The notes under the pieces: generated by a model
Told to the model about the DNA's origin: nothing
The model's database searches: none
What the model saw: only the letters and a program-made list of their open reading frames with translations
Assembly: GCF_001194135.2 (NCBI RefSeq)
Contig: NC_069004.1
Span: forward strand, 32,558,534-32,622,533
Reading direction: 5' to 3'
Length of the DNA: 64,000 bases
Source: Octopus bimaculoides
Lineage: Eukaryota
Part shown: positions 51,151-63,965 of the stretch, piece by piece
How positions within the stretch are numbered: the first letter of the stretch is position 1
Layout: each line of letters begins with the position of its first letter
Made by a program: the position numbers and the translations under genes

Positions 51151-52165
51151 ATTTAAAAAAAAAAAGATTTTTGTTTTATTTAAACAAACAATATGACACA
51201 TATCAACAAAATAAAATAAAGTTTTTTTGTTTTTTTTGCTTTCTTGAAACTTTTTTTTTTTTTTTGCTTAAAGTGGCAAAAAAAAAAATACTGTGAAATT
51301 ATCTCAGTTTTTAAGAATGGAATTCTTATTTCTAGGTAAGTAGCTTCATTTTAAAACACTTTTGAGTTCCTTGAAGACTTGGAAATGAAAAGATATTTGA
51401 ATTTTTGATTGAAACATCACTGATTCATAATACCCAAACAGGAAAATTTCTAAAAAAAAGTTGGACACAATTTTTTCATAAATTTCATTTTATTTTTATT
51501 ATTTAAATTCTTTTTTTTTTTTTTTTCAAATCAGAAAGTGACAAGATTGGATGTGATTTCCAGCTGCAGTCTTTTGTTTAGATTTTGACGTGTATAAACA
51601 TGTTTTGTTTGCATTCATAGAATCATTTTCACCGTTAATAAAATGACAGCGATGCATTCTCAGAAAATGAAACAACATTTTCATTATAAAATATATTACT
51701 ATCTTCCAAATGCAAACACAGTATATTTAGGCACTTCAAATAACAACAAACAAAAAATAGTACTGTGGCTGCACCACACAGTAAATTTTGTATCACTTTC
51801 TAATTTAAAACAAAATTAAAAAGACAGAATTAAAGACAAGAAAGCATTTTTAAGAAATTTTAGATCTTTTAGAATTTCTTTATTTGGATATCGGAGAATC
51901 TGTGATGTTCAAAAAAGAAAATCTGAGAACAATTAAAAAAACAGCAAATGTATAATAAGATAAGTTACAGGGGTTTAAAAGGTCCATGCTTGAGTGAATA
52001 ATGGCCTTATAGTTAGTAATAAACAATACTAGTGTATCCTGTGCCTTGAAAAATGATGGTGTAAGGCAATGATATTTTATTACGTCCTTCTTATTATTTG
52101 TCTGTTGCTCTGGGATGTGTGCCCCTTCTTTGTTCTTTTGCTGGATAATGTACGTTTGATTTGAA

Positions 52166-52383
52166 GACGGAGAGCTGGCTGAAACGTTAGCTCGCTGGAC
52201 AAAATGTTTAGTGGTATTTCATCTGTCTTTACATTCTGAGTTCAAATTCCGCTGAGGTTGACTTTACCTTTCATCCTTTTGGGGTCGATAAATTAAGTAC
52301 CAGTTGCATACCGGGGTTGATCTAATCGACTGGCCTCCTCCCCCCAAAATTTCGGGCCTTGTGCCTAGAGTAGAAAAGAATAT
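52166..52383 (+). mobile_element. tRNA-derived SINE family A, best-preserved copy
   Basis: GGAGAGCTGGCTGAAACGTTAG..CTGAGTTCAAATTCCGCTGAGGTTGACTTTACCTTTCATCCTTTTGGGGTCGATAAATTAAGTACC..GGCCTTGTGCCTAGAGTAGAAAAG. Confidence 0.9.
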
Positions 52384-53645
52384 ATGTTTGATTTGGTAAT
52401 CTTTCAGTTTAAGATCCCAAAGTGAAAAAGTGGAAAGTAGATCAGTTTAAAACGCCAATGAAATGAAAGCAAATGTTATGTGATGTACTTGTTTAATGGA
52501 TAAAGTCTGAATGATTTCTTGCAAAAAAGTCCAAGGGATTTTTGTTTTTTTAATGCCAGATGATTTATTGTAAAAGATGAATGTGGGAATGTTTCACTGT
52601 GCCATCCAGACTATCAGATGTACTCCTTTGCATTGTTGTAGCTTCCAAATGATGCCACCCCCACTGGCTAGGTTGGCAAGCTGACATTCTCTCTGACTGA
52701 AATATCAGTCCATCACAGGGTGACCCATTTACAGCTGAGTGGACTGGAGCAACATGAAATGAAGTGTTTTACCCAAGAAAAACAACAGACTGCTGGTCTG
52801 GAAACCAAGACCACACCCTTGACATTGTGGGAGCAACACCCTAACCAGTAGGCCACACACCTTAGTAGTGAAATATGAAAGCAAGAATATTTAATTTGTA
52901 GTGTACTAATGTCTTATACAGATCAAAAATTGCATGAATGTGTTGTTTTCATCATTTCTCCATCATAATTCCTGATGATAAGTTGGAAAGAGAGCATCTC
53001 ATCTCCTACTCTTGGTGTGATATTTCTCTTTCATTCTGCTCATGGAAATCTACTGGCATTGCAGAATACAGCTGGATTTTCTTCTTTCACTTTGTGATCT
53101 TAAAGTGAAAGATTTATCTTTGATTTGTATTTCAGACTTGCCTTCTATATATTAGATTTCTCTTCTCTCTATCTGTCTGTCTGAGAATTTTTGCTATACT
53201 TGTTATTTTTATTGCTTCACTTCTTTAATGTGTATGTGTGTGTGTGTGCTGCACACACACACACACACACACACACTGCTTTCACTGTCTCAAATATTGT
53301 TTCACTTTCATATTGGTCATTTCCAAGTATTTTCATCAATTTTCAATCACTTTCTAAAGTGCCGTGTGTCTGTCTTATTATCTCTCTTCCCCACACTCTA
53401 TCTCTCGACTCCCCTCCACCTGTCACACTCCAGCTTTCCCTTTTAAATCCTCCTCTCTCTCTCTCTACTGTTTCATTATATTCCAAAGTTACAGACAACA
53501 AATTTATATATAAATACACTGGTGTATTATATTAATTATGGATAGCTCTATTGGCTGTTGAATGCACAGACAATTAAAAAAAAAAATGTTATAATCTATA
53601 GTTCCAGTTATTTTCATTGATTATTGTATGATTTCAAATATCACA

Positions 53646-53800
53646 ATGTCTCCAGTTAAGAAAATTTGTCGGCAATACTCCGTTGATTATTTATCTTTTA
53701 TTATGAGTCTTTGCTTCTCCTCAGAATGGCCGGTTACCTGTGTGTCACTTGTGTAATGAAACTTTAAGCAACAAGGCTTTGAAACGGTCACTCATGAATT
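53646..53800 (+). pseudogene. hAT (Charlie/Buster, ZBED5/SCAND3-like) transposase N-terminal BED zinc-finger relic
   Basis: MSPVKKICRQYSVDYLSLL*VFASPQNGRLPVCHLCNETLSNKALKRS resembles KK.RQYS.EYLK.GF......P.C..C...LSNEAMKPS. Confidence 0.8.
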
Positions 53801-55113
53801 ATTATTGATATTCTGAATATGCTGACCAAAAGGACAAACTGCTGCGGAATCTTTTGATCTTAACCCTTTTGTTACTCTTTTTCTGTTGAAATACTGGAAG
53901 CACACAGCTCAGTGGTTCAAGTATCAGGTTTAAAATTTTGAGGTTTTGAGTTTGGTTCCCGGACCAGGCTGTGCATTGTGTTCTTGAGCAAGGTACTTTA
54001 TTTCATGTTGTAGAAATGAGTTGCGTTGTCTGTAATGGCCTTTCCTTTTCCCTTGGACAAAATCAGGTGTGTGGAATGAGAAGACTGTTAGGACTTCCGC
54101 AAATAACCTTGCTCAAATTTGTGCTTCAGGGGATAACTATTCTAGGTGCAATCTCATGGTCCTTCATAACCAAAGGGTGCTCTTTACCCTCTGTTGAAAT
54201 GCACCACCTTTGTTTCAATTGATTTTGAAAAAAATTGTTTCAGTCAATGGACTGTGGCCATGCTGGAGCACTACCTTGAAGGGTCTTATTTTACTTTTTT
54301 TTAAAGCCTGGTACTTATTTTGTCAGTTTCTTTTGTGAATTTGTTAAGTCATAGGGATGTTGATAAACCAGCATCAGCTTTCAAGTGGTAGTCATGTTAC
54401 GAGGACTTAAACAAACTGACACCAATTGTTAAGTAGTGGCAAGGGACAAACACATACACACACACTGGGCTTCTTTCAGTTTCCGTCTACCAAATCCACT
54501 CATAAGACTTTGGTTGGCCTGTGGAAAACATTTTCCCAATGTGTCTCACAGTAGAGTTGAACCTGGAACCATGTTGTTGGGAAGCAAACTTCTTACCACA
54601 CAGCCACATGCGTGCCTATATACAGAAAGTTGTTAACCGTTATGTTCGTTAAACGTTGTCCCATTAATTTATTGGATGCGCACATTTGTAAATATAACAA
54701 TGTGGTTTAATAAAATATTTGAAAACTGAATGAAACTTTAGTGTGGCCATTGTCTCCACACACAATCTACCTCACATTGTGAATATTCAGTGAAGAAGAA
54801 TTTTATAACTAACTGCCATACTTAAAATGGCATGTTCGCAGCTTGAACAGTTCTTGGATCAGAACGGACATGGGTTTTAACAGTAACAACAACTGCAACA
54901 ATTACAACAACCATCACCACTACGAACATAACTGAAGGTTCGACAAAATTACATATGGTTAGTGAAGCCATCATGTGTTCTTTAAGCAGCCATCTTGAAA
55001 ACTGCCTGCAAGTCTTCCATCTTGCTTTGCTGCTGATGTAGCTTTGGTGATTGCTGTTTAGGATCTTTGGAATATTATTTCATATATTTCTAATATTTTT
55101 TTTTATATTCTAT

Positions 55114-55144
<31 letters not shown>

Positions 55145-55635
55145 CCAATTCTAATGGAATGAGCTTGTTGAGGAGTGAATATCATCTTGAAAAATATTAA
55201 GTGTTCAGATATTAAATTTCATCGAGTTATTATTGTTGTCATCCTTGTTGTTGTTGGTGGTGTTGCTGTTGTTGTTCTCGCTAGTTATTTCTGCCCTGTT
55301 GTTGTGTTGTCTTTTTAAGCATTGGTGGCCATCTTAGAACATACACAAACTCTATTATTTTGTTTCGTTTCCTTTTACTTAAATGAAAACACAATTAAAT
55401 TACAGTGATTTTTTAAAATTTTTATTAGTTCTCTTTTATTGCGGTTGTTGTTGTTTTGTTATTTTGTGTGTGTTTTCTTTTTTGCAATTTTTTTCATTTT
55501 CTTTTTTTTTTATTTTCCTTCTCTCCTCTCTTCCATGTGATAAATTACTTTTGCAAATTAAATTGGTTTTCATTACAAAATAATCCAGTGGCATGTTTCG
55601 TACTTACCCATGCCTCCATCACCAGTGAGAGAGAA

Positions 55636-55670
<35 letters not shown>

Positions 55671-56656
55671 AAGAAAGAATGAGAGAGAAATATTTAGGTA
55701 GATATGAATACAGAGTGCTATGTAACATTAAACAGGTACATAGACAGACAGCAAGATTAATAACTAGATAGATAGATAGATAGATAGATATATGTGTACA
55801 TAGAGACATAGATACATACATCGATTGATAGCCAAATAATCAGATTTGATTGATAAAAATTGTAGCATACTGAATTGATGCAAATTGCTATTTAGATAGA
55901 TAGATAGATAGATGCTAACGTATGACTACACAAAGATAACTGGCTAACTATCTCTCTCACTCACTCTTTCTCTTGTCTTCTTCCTCTCTTTCCATTCTTG
56001 TACTTGATATATCTGTCTATATATCTATCTGTGTGTGTGTTAGTGGATAGATAGATAAATAAGATAGATAGAGATATGATTAAACACAATCATTTGGTGA
56101 TATGTGCTTAGTAGAACAAGTAGGAAATAATTAGGTCAGTGTTAGCTTTTGAATGCTCCTTGCATTAATTATGTTAATTAGAAATAAATATTGACTTTGA
56201 CATTCAAACAGGGAAATCAGCAGACAGATAATTTAATGCTAATATATTTAATGCAGAGAACATTAAAAAGTTAACTAGAAGTAATTAACCTGAAAGGGGA
56301 AAAGAACTAGTATTAGTCAAGAACTAAAGATATTTTCATGATTTTAACTAGTATAGGGGGACAACTTCAAACATATTTTGAGCTTATTCTGACCTCATCA
56401 ATGAAGCATAACTTTCATCATATTTACCAAATTAGTGGTGAACATATTATGATACAACCTAAAATAGAGGACCAGTAAATGGTCATGTTTGCGAGGCTTA
56501 CATCTCCAAACCACTAATATTGTTGAAAGGAATGGCAGGATCTGATACAGCTTGGCACCAGTGTCATCACACATGTTGCTTTTAGACTGCAAAAAGCAGG
56601 AACAAATACTTTAAGATAGTCTGTTGGATACTCTAATCCACAAGGATACCTTGTCA

Positions 56657-57140
56657 ATCCACTGCCCAGACTGGTACTGGCATTGATCCCGGAAAGATAA
56701 AGTATCTAGACTAGTACTAGATTGACCTTCTGGAAGTCAGAATTGACCTCAGTGAGACTTAAACTGACAGCCAGGCAAATACTGCAAGGCGTTCTGTTGA
56801 GTGCCCCAATCTGTGGGGATACTTTGGCCATCCACTGCCCTGGACTGGAACTGTGTCAGGTCTGTGAAAGACACAGTAGCTAGGCTGCTATTTATTGAAC
56901 CAAGTCAGAGTTTGCTTCAGCAAGATTTAAACTCAGAGCTTGAAGCCAAACAAAAACTGTAATGTATTCTGTCCAATGCTGTAATGACTTTGCAAGGACG
57001 CTTTGTCCATTCCTTGTTCTGGACCAGTACTTTTTGACTCCTGAAAGTCAGAGTTGACCTCAGCAAGATTTGAACTCAGAGCACAGAGCCATGCAAAAAG
57101 TGCACAGCATTTTGTCCAATGCTCTAATGACTCTGCCAAC
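56657..57140 (-). repeat. Tandem array of three decayed SINE-A-derived units
   Basis: AAGTCAGA(A/G)TT..C(C/T)TCAG..AGA(C/T)TT.AACT recurs at about 56735, 56903 and 57045; ATCCACTGCCC.GACTGG.ACTG occurs twice. Confidence 0.6.
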
Positions 57141-57719
57141 ATGTTGCTGTTCCCTGCCATTCACATGTAGAAACAGTAATTAAATGTGTTGCATTAGCAT
57201 ATTCAATGCAAGGAACATTGAAAAACAAACCAGAAATTATTATGCAGTAGCAAAGAAAACCAATATTGGTCTGTGACTAATATTGGTTTTGATTCTTTTA
57301 ATATGAAACGATGTGTTGAATTTACACTAATAAACATGAGCAGTCATGAACGAAACTCTATAGACCGGTGCTTCTCAAACATTTTTAACAATACCCCACC
57401 CCCACCTTTATTTAGCCAAATCTTTTAAATTCCCCTGGCTACAATTCACCAAAATTAAATAAACCACATGTACTTATGTATATCTATGCATACGCAAGTT
57501 AGAATGTTACTTTGCACTACAGGTGCAATGGTGACTTTTATAGCATGTAGGCAAAACCCCAGAACTTTGATAATTATACTTTTGTTTATTTTTCTATAAA
57601 TTTACACGTATGGGTGGTATATATATTCAGTTGTGTTTATTGTCTTGTTCACATTTTGAAGTCTATTATTGTTGTTAATGTTGTAGTTGTTATGATTATT
57701 ATTGTTGTTGTTGTAAAGG

Positions 57720-58040
57720 TGGCACATGTCTCAGTGGTCAGAGCATTGGGCTCACAATCATAAGGTAGTGAGTTTGATGCCTAGACCGGGCTGTGTGTTG
57801 TGTTCTTGAGCAAGATACTTAATTTCACATTGCTCCAGTTCACTCAGCTGTAGAAATGAGTTGCGATGTCACTGACGCCAATCTGTATTGGCCCCTTTGC
57901 CTCTCCCTTGGATAACATTGGTGTTGAGGAGAGGCTCGTATGCATGGGTGACTGCTGGTTTTCCATAAACGACCTTTCCTGGAGGATGAACTTCCTAGGT
58001 GCAATCCCATAGTCATATTTGACAGAAGAGGGTCATTTTT
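57720..58040 (+). mobile_element. tRNA-derived SINE family C, full length
   Basis: GCACATGTCTCAGTGGTCAGAG (A-box-like), GAGTTTGATGCC (B-box-like), CACATTGCTCCAGTTCACTCAGCTGTAGAAATGAGTTGCG, CTAGGTGCAATCCCAT. Confidence 0.85.
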
Positions 58041-58489
58041 AAAGGTTTGAAGTGGTGGAATTGTTACTGTACAAGACAAAATGCTTGATGGTGTTTCTTC
58101 TAGCTTAATGTTCAGAGTTCAAATGCTGTGGAAGTTGATTGCCTTTCATCTTCCCAGGATCAATAAAACAAGTACCACTTGCACACTGGGGTTGATATAA
58201 TTGACTAACTGTTTGTGCCCAAAATTTCAGATTTTGAGTACTGTAGAAATAATTATTAATTATTAATTATTGTGATTGTGATCTGACAAGCAGTTATTAC
58301 ATTACATTCATTTTTTTTTCCTTTTAATATTTAGAAACAAAAACTAAAAACAGCTGTACAGATGCAGTTACTCCCAATATTTCACTTCTCTCTCTCCAGT
58401 ACCTGTATAAAATTTTCTACCATTCTCTGGGAAGAAGTGCTAACATCCTGAGAAGCATTGCCATAGATGACTTGAATTCATAGCTCAAG

Positions 58490-58890
58490 CGTTGTTGGGT
58501 TGATCTGTGATCAAAGACTGTCAGTCTGTGACCACCCTACCTTTTTTTGTGTATCAGAGATTAAATTGCCTCATGTATCTTTCCTTTAAAGACAGTAGAG
58601 TGTGATATGAGGGAAGTTTAAGGGGCTATTTCTGGCAGGTTAAATGAATATGTATAGGCTTCCTTGTTGGTTTGTTGTTTATATGGTTGTTGCTGTTGTT
58701 GCTGTCATCCTTGATAGATCAGATCATTGATCAATGACTTTGCAAATGGGATCACCCTCATTTTGTTTTCAAGGTAATGTATCTAGAACAACATTGCCCA
58801 ATGTGTCCTGTTTTATAAGAGAGTAGTGTGTGATTTAGTGGCTATCTGGCTATCATTTCTAACATGTTGAATGACCACTTAATGGCCTGC
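58490..58890 (+). mobile_element. Two decayed copies of unclassified repeat family E (..GGGTGTGATTTGAGGGAGATTTGGCTGCTATTTCTAGCA..)
   Basis: Similar segments at 17830-18030, 36700-36890, 37550-37600, 46590-46740, 47570-47960, 49660-49760, and reversed at 15230-15280. Confidence 0.6.
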
Positions 58891-58909
58891 CCATTAACTC
58901 ATTGCTTAC

Positions 58910-58972
58910 CTTGTAGATCTTGATATTCTCGATGTCAATAGATGCCTCCACAGAGTTCAAACTATCCACCAT
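58910..58972 (-). CDS. Candidate first coding exon of an unidentified minus-strand gene (MVDSLNSVEASIDIENIKIYK, phase 0)
   Basis: AGAATGG start with in-frame stops upstream; 63 nt open; AAG|GTAAGC donor; about 350 bp of non-repeat sequence upstream. No homology recognised. Confidence 0.3.
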
Positions 58973-59382
58973 TCTTCATATCTATCTTCAGATTTTTTTT
59001 TTTTTTTTCGCATCAATTATCTTTTGGAAACCGCAGTTGTGCTGGAATGTCCAGTGAAGCAAACAGAATTTGTCTTGTCTGGAACTTTTCGAATAAACAC
59101 ATTCAATGAACTTGGTTTTGTCATCCAGCTGTTTCTGAATTAATTGAGAAACCAGTGGTTAACGCTGTTATGGCCATCTGAGTTAAAGGTATCAATCAAG
59201 AATGCAACACAAACCTTGTTAACACATCTCTGACCGCAAGAATTGATGGTACATGAAAGATCAGTTGAAAAGACGTGAGCAGTGAATGATTGGAATAAAA
59301 TCTGGGGAAATTAATGATTGTAATTGTCAACAATACTGAAAATCTGCTAAGGAAGTGAGCTGAATGAAAAAGGACACCTTAA

Positions 59383-59985
59383 CCCCTTTGATACCAAACT
59401 GCCTGAAACTTCCCCTGCTTCTGTGATTCAAACTTCCAATTTTAATGTGATCATCATCATCCTCATCATGATCATGATCATGAAGGATTCAGAAAACATT
59501 GTCATTGTTAACCTGGTGTTTGGAATATAAATTAACATGAAATTTTGATGGAAGATTTTAATTCAGATCACTTTAACCCTTTTGTTACCATATTTCTGCT
59601 GAAATGCACTGCCTTTGTTTCAATTCATCATCAATTAACTTTGAAAATGATCCTTTCTGCTATAGGCACAAGGCCTGAACTTTTTGGGGAGGGGACCAGT
59701 CAAATACATCGACCCCCCATGCATAACTGGTACTTGATTTATCGAACCTGAAAGGATGAAAGGCAAAGTTGACCCCGGCAGCATTTGAACTCAGAACACG
59801 AAGACAGTAGAAATACCACTAAGCATTTCACCCAGCATGCTAACTTTGAAAATAATGAAGAATTCAGTAAAACAATGTCATCATTATTAAGGGCTTGTAT
59901 TTGGAACATAAATTAGCATGAAGCTTTGATGGAAATCTGTATCATAGAATCAAGGGCAGTCTCAGGCAGGTTAGTATCAAAAGGG
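59383..59985 (+). mobile_element. piggyBac-like non-autonomous element with a nested reverse SINE A (about 59650-59842)
   Basis: TTAA+CCCCTTTGATACCAAACTGCCTGAAACT versus AGTCTCAGGCAGGTTAGTATCAAAAGGG+TTTA; the internal unit resumes after the SINE. Confidence 0.75.
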
Positions 59986-60258
59986 TTTATCCATTCCCTG
60001 CCCTCTTAAACAAAGCTGAACATGTAGGACTGTGTTATCCCAGATGATACTGTCTTTAGAAGCTTAATGGGATGATCATCACTAGATCATCCTGACTATC
60101 TTTGATTACAAGTCTGCTGGATCAAGGCTGACCTGGGGCTGTGTTTACACCACAATTTAATGATACAACAAAGTCACTCTCCCTGTGTATTTTTATTTCT
60201 TTATTTGTGTTCATAACATCCGTGTGGCTTTGCTGCAGGCCACTGCAGTTTGATACAC

Positions 60259-60503
60259 AATATCACTGCATCTCTGCCCTATCGTGGTGTGTTTACACAG
60301 GATATCATCACATCTTTATTGCCTGCCAATGTATGTTGTAGGATATCGCTACATCTGTATCGCCCTGTGAGTGTTTTCAGTATGTAGGATATCTCTCGTT
60401 CATCTTTATGCCCGCCAGCTTGTATGCTGTGCTACTGTAGGATATCACCGCATCTTTCGATACCTGTCAGTGTGTTTGCTAACAAACGATATCACGGCAT
60501 CTT
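60259..60503. repeat. Six-unit imperfect tandem array with conserved core GGATATCACNGCATCTT and variable spacers
   Basis: Cores start at 60259, 60300, 60341, 60387, 60440 and 60487 (periods 41, 41, 46, 53, 47). Confidence 0.8.
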
Positions 60504-61384
60504 TGGTGAACAAGTTTAACAAGTCTATCGTTATTTTCCCAAGTTGGCTCAGATAATCCCGATATGATCTTTATGTAATCCATTATAATTATCATCATGA
60601 TGACCATCACTACTGTCATCAGTTTTACTGGCGCTATCCTCAGTATCACTAGTAACATCACCACTACCACCACCACCACCACCACCACCACTCACATCAT
60701 TGCTATCATCATCATCATCATCATCACNNNNNNNNNNNNNNNNNNNNNNNNNNNNNNNNNNNNNNNNNNNNNNNNNNNNNNNNNNNNNNNNNNNNNNNNN
60801 NNNNNNNNNNNNNNNNNNNNNNNNNNNNNNNNNNNNNNNNNNNNNNNNNNNNNNNNNNNNNNNNNNNNNNNNNNNNNNNNNNNNNNNNNNNNNNNNNNNN
60901 NNNNNNNNNNNNNNNNNNNNNNNNNNNNNNNNNNNNNNNNNNNNNNNNNNNNNNNNNNNNNNNNNNNNNNNNNNNNNNNNNNNNNNNNNNNNNNNNNNNN
61001 NNNNNNNNNNNNNNNNNNNNNNNNNNNNNNNNNNNNNNNNNNNNNNNNNNNNNNNNNNNNNNNNNNNNNNNNNNNCAGATGCTGGTCTCTTCCTCATCAA
61101 TTCCTCTCAAACTGTCCAATCCTTGTCAGCATGAAACATGGATTTTAAACAACGATGATGATGATGATGATGTGTGTGTGTTGATGCCTGCTGTTCTAAG
61201 GTTTTCAACTTAAACTCTTAAAACACCAAGTGCTCCTCTTTAAAACCGGAATAGTAAGGAAGTTTGTAGACGGTTTGTCTTTGACATCAAATAAGTCAAT
61301 TGACTTCATTGAACAGTTTTTACTGCCTGTCAGATATGTGTGTGTATGTGTGTGTTGTATGTGTGTCATTATTCAGTTTATTTC

Positions 61385-61780
61385 AAGATTTCTTGCCAAT
61401 AGAGAAAGGATCGGTTTCTAGCCTAGATCCAAGGTTCCTTCATTGGAATTTCAACCTCAACAACAGGGTATGTACGTATATATGTATGTATGTATGTATG
61501 CATGTATGTGCAGATTTGTATGTTTTACGTATGTATTCTCATGCATATAGCTACATATCTAGACATGCTCATATATATTTAAACAAACTTCTGGAAAGTT
61601 TTACAGATTTTTGCAGTTCCAGTGATGGATTGGATCTGTAGTCTTCGAATCAGCTTTCTCCTTTCTGGTTTTGAGAAGCCTAATTTCTCAAGATTGGTAT
61701 TTAGGCAGTGTATTACATATCCCAGGGCCCCAATAATTACAGGTATAAACCTGAACTTGTAATCTGAATAGAGTAACATG
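61385..61780 (-). mobile_element. Third RLE-type LINE 3' end (ORF C-terminus plus 3' UTR)
   Basis: ORF 61579-61779: FRFIPVIIGALGYV..LEKLGF..LQIQSITGTAKICKTFQKFV; IP(V/I)I(I/V)G(A/S)LG and GT..I motifs parallel the R4-like ORF at 33.3-33.7 kb. Confidence 0.75.
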
Positions 61781-61784
61781 TTTG

Positions 61785-62275
61785 TATGTATGTATTATAT
61801 AGTATTTCACGAGTGTTGTGTGATGTATGGGTTATGTGTGTGTTATACTGTTTGGTATACAGCATTGTGTTATGGTGTACGGCTTATGTATGTGATGCAT
61901 GGTGCATAGTGTTGTGTTGCATGTATGTATGTGTTGTGTGTGTGTGTGGTATGTGGTGTCTGCATATGTCAAGTGATGTTAGATGTATGTATGTGTTATG
62001 TGATGTATGGTGTGTGTGTGAGTGTGTTGTATGATGGTGTATGGTGTATGTATTTGTTGTCTGTGTGGTGTATGGTGTATGTATGGTGCTGTGAGATAGT
62101 TACTATATGTGTGTGTTGTTATATGTTATTTAATGTGTCTGTGTATTGTATTGTATGGTGTATGCTTGTATCATGTTGTGGTGTGTGTGTGTGTTGTATT
62201 CTATGGTACCGGATGCGTGCAAGATTATGTTGTATGGCAGTGTGTGAATGTGTGCGTGTTATAATCTTTAATATT
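61785..62275. repeat. TG-rich low-complexity satellite-like tract
   Basis: Degenerate TGTGTGATGTATGG-type units. Confidence 0.8.
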
Positions 62276-63516
62276 GCACACTGTAGTGTAAATATTTGAT
62301 GAACTCGCTCTGGTGTTTTTTTTTGCATGTTTTTTCCTTTTTTTATTCTTTTTTTCTTTCCCTTGCTCATCTTTTAATACTTACACAGTGGTTTAATAAT
62401 GCTACAAAGGAGACTTCTTATCTCAGTTAATGTCTGTCTTCACACGACAGCCATAACTTGGTCATTGCTCACACTGACACGGCGGCTAACGGTGGCGGCA
62501 GCGGTGTGNNNNNNNNNNNNNNNNNNNNNNNNNNNNNNNNNNNNNACAATTGATGTTTCAGTTTGTTTTGTTTATTTGTTGGTGCTGTTAATGTTATTGA
62601 TGTGGTTCTTAGCTGGTGTGTGTGTGTGTGTGTGTGTGTGTGGTGGGGCGTGGTGCTCTGTGCGCCTGTGTTCTTATAGTTGGCAGGTACTGAGGCAGGT
62701 GTGTGTGTATGTGTTTTGTTTTAGTTATTGCTATTTTTATCGTTGTTGTTGTTGTTGTTGCTGATGGTTGAGTGAAGCAAGAGAGACATTGTTTGTGTTG
62801 TTGTTGTTAAGTGTTCTTAACTTATTAGTGGTGGTGGTGGTGGTGTAAGAGGAGAGATTGTGTGTGTTGTTGTTCTGAATGTTATAGTACATATTTATGA
62901 TAGTGGAAGGGGGCCTGTTGTTATTACTGGTGGTGGTGGAAGGGTTATGTGTTGGTGTAGTTTGTCTTATATTCCTTGATTTCAACCTCCTCATCCCCCC
63001 CACCACCGCCTCAACTCCTCCACCAACATCTATTGATTTACAGTCAATGGCCAGCTAGAAGCATTAAGAAAGAAAGAAAGAAAGAAAGTATTGCATCAAA
63101 AGCACATGCATTCGTGCAACCAAGCACGTGCACGCACACACATGCATGTTGTCATGCACACACATGTGCAACCATGCAGATACAAGCTCCCAAACATGCA
63201 CATATGCGAGTGTATTATTTATTCACAACCAACACCAACAGCAGCTCCCACCACCACCACACCACCACCACCACCAGCACCGCTACCACTCCTGTTTCTG
63301 TTGGTGTTGTTCTTATTCTTATTGTCCTCTATGTGTTTACATTCAACGAACGAAACAATAACTACGCAAGGCTGTTCGAGTTGAGGCCCGCTTTGTTTCT
63401 GTATTTACACTCTGCCTCTCTCACTCTCTTTCTCCATTTCTGTGCATAGACACCCCCACATTTGTACATGGATGGAAATATATATATATATATATTACAC
63501 ACACACACATATGAAT

Positions 63517-63565
<49 letters not shown>

Positions 63566-63596
63566 NNNNNNNNNNNNNNNNNNNNNNNNNNNNNNN

Positions 63597-63635
<39 letters not shown>

Positions 63636-63965
63636 TATATATATTCAGTTCATTCATTTCAATGCTCTTGCACCACTTACCTAACTCATACATTGCAATT
63701 GTTGTTCATCTTCACATCACAATCAAATCTATCTGGCTATGCGCTTATCTCTCTTGCTATCCTTCTGTCTGTCTGTTTGTCTGAATTTACTTCAGGACTC
63801 CAGTTTCATTCCAGTGAAATGCTATGTCTGAAGATTGTGGTCATGTGAAACTTAAGTCATAAAACCCCCCCCCCCAGTTTCAGTTTCAATAAAAACCATA
63901 TCCTCTATAGCAGGTATTGAGCATTCATTTCTCATTCATTAACTGTAAAACAACATGTGTGTGTA

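Noticed and set aside
57720-57790. tRNA-like sequences (also 19185, 52166, 53900)
   Set aside because: They continue into SINE bodies and lack intact cloverleaf pairing; these are SINE heads, not tRNA genes.
60259-60503. CRISPR array interpretation of the GATATC repeat-spacer array
   Set aside because: Eukaryotic context, no cas genes, a core too short and degenerate, and spacers that share residual similarity with each other.
63680-63820. Strong minus-strand donor AG|GTAAGT (similar isolated donors at about 44459, 40216, and 51334 on the plus strand)
   Set aside because: Such hexamers are expected many times per 64 kb of AT-rich DNA, and there is no supporting reading frame.
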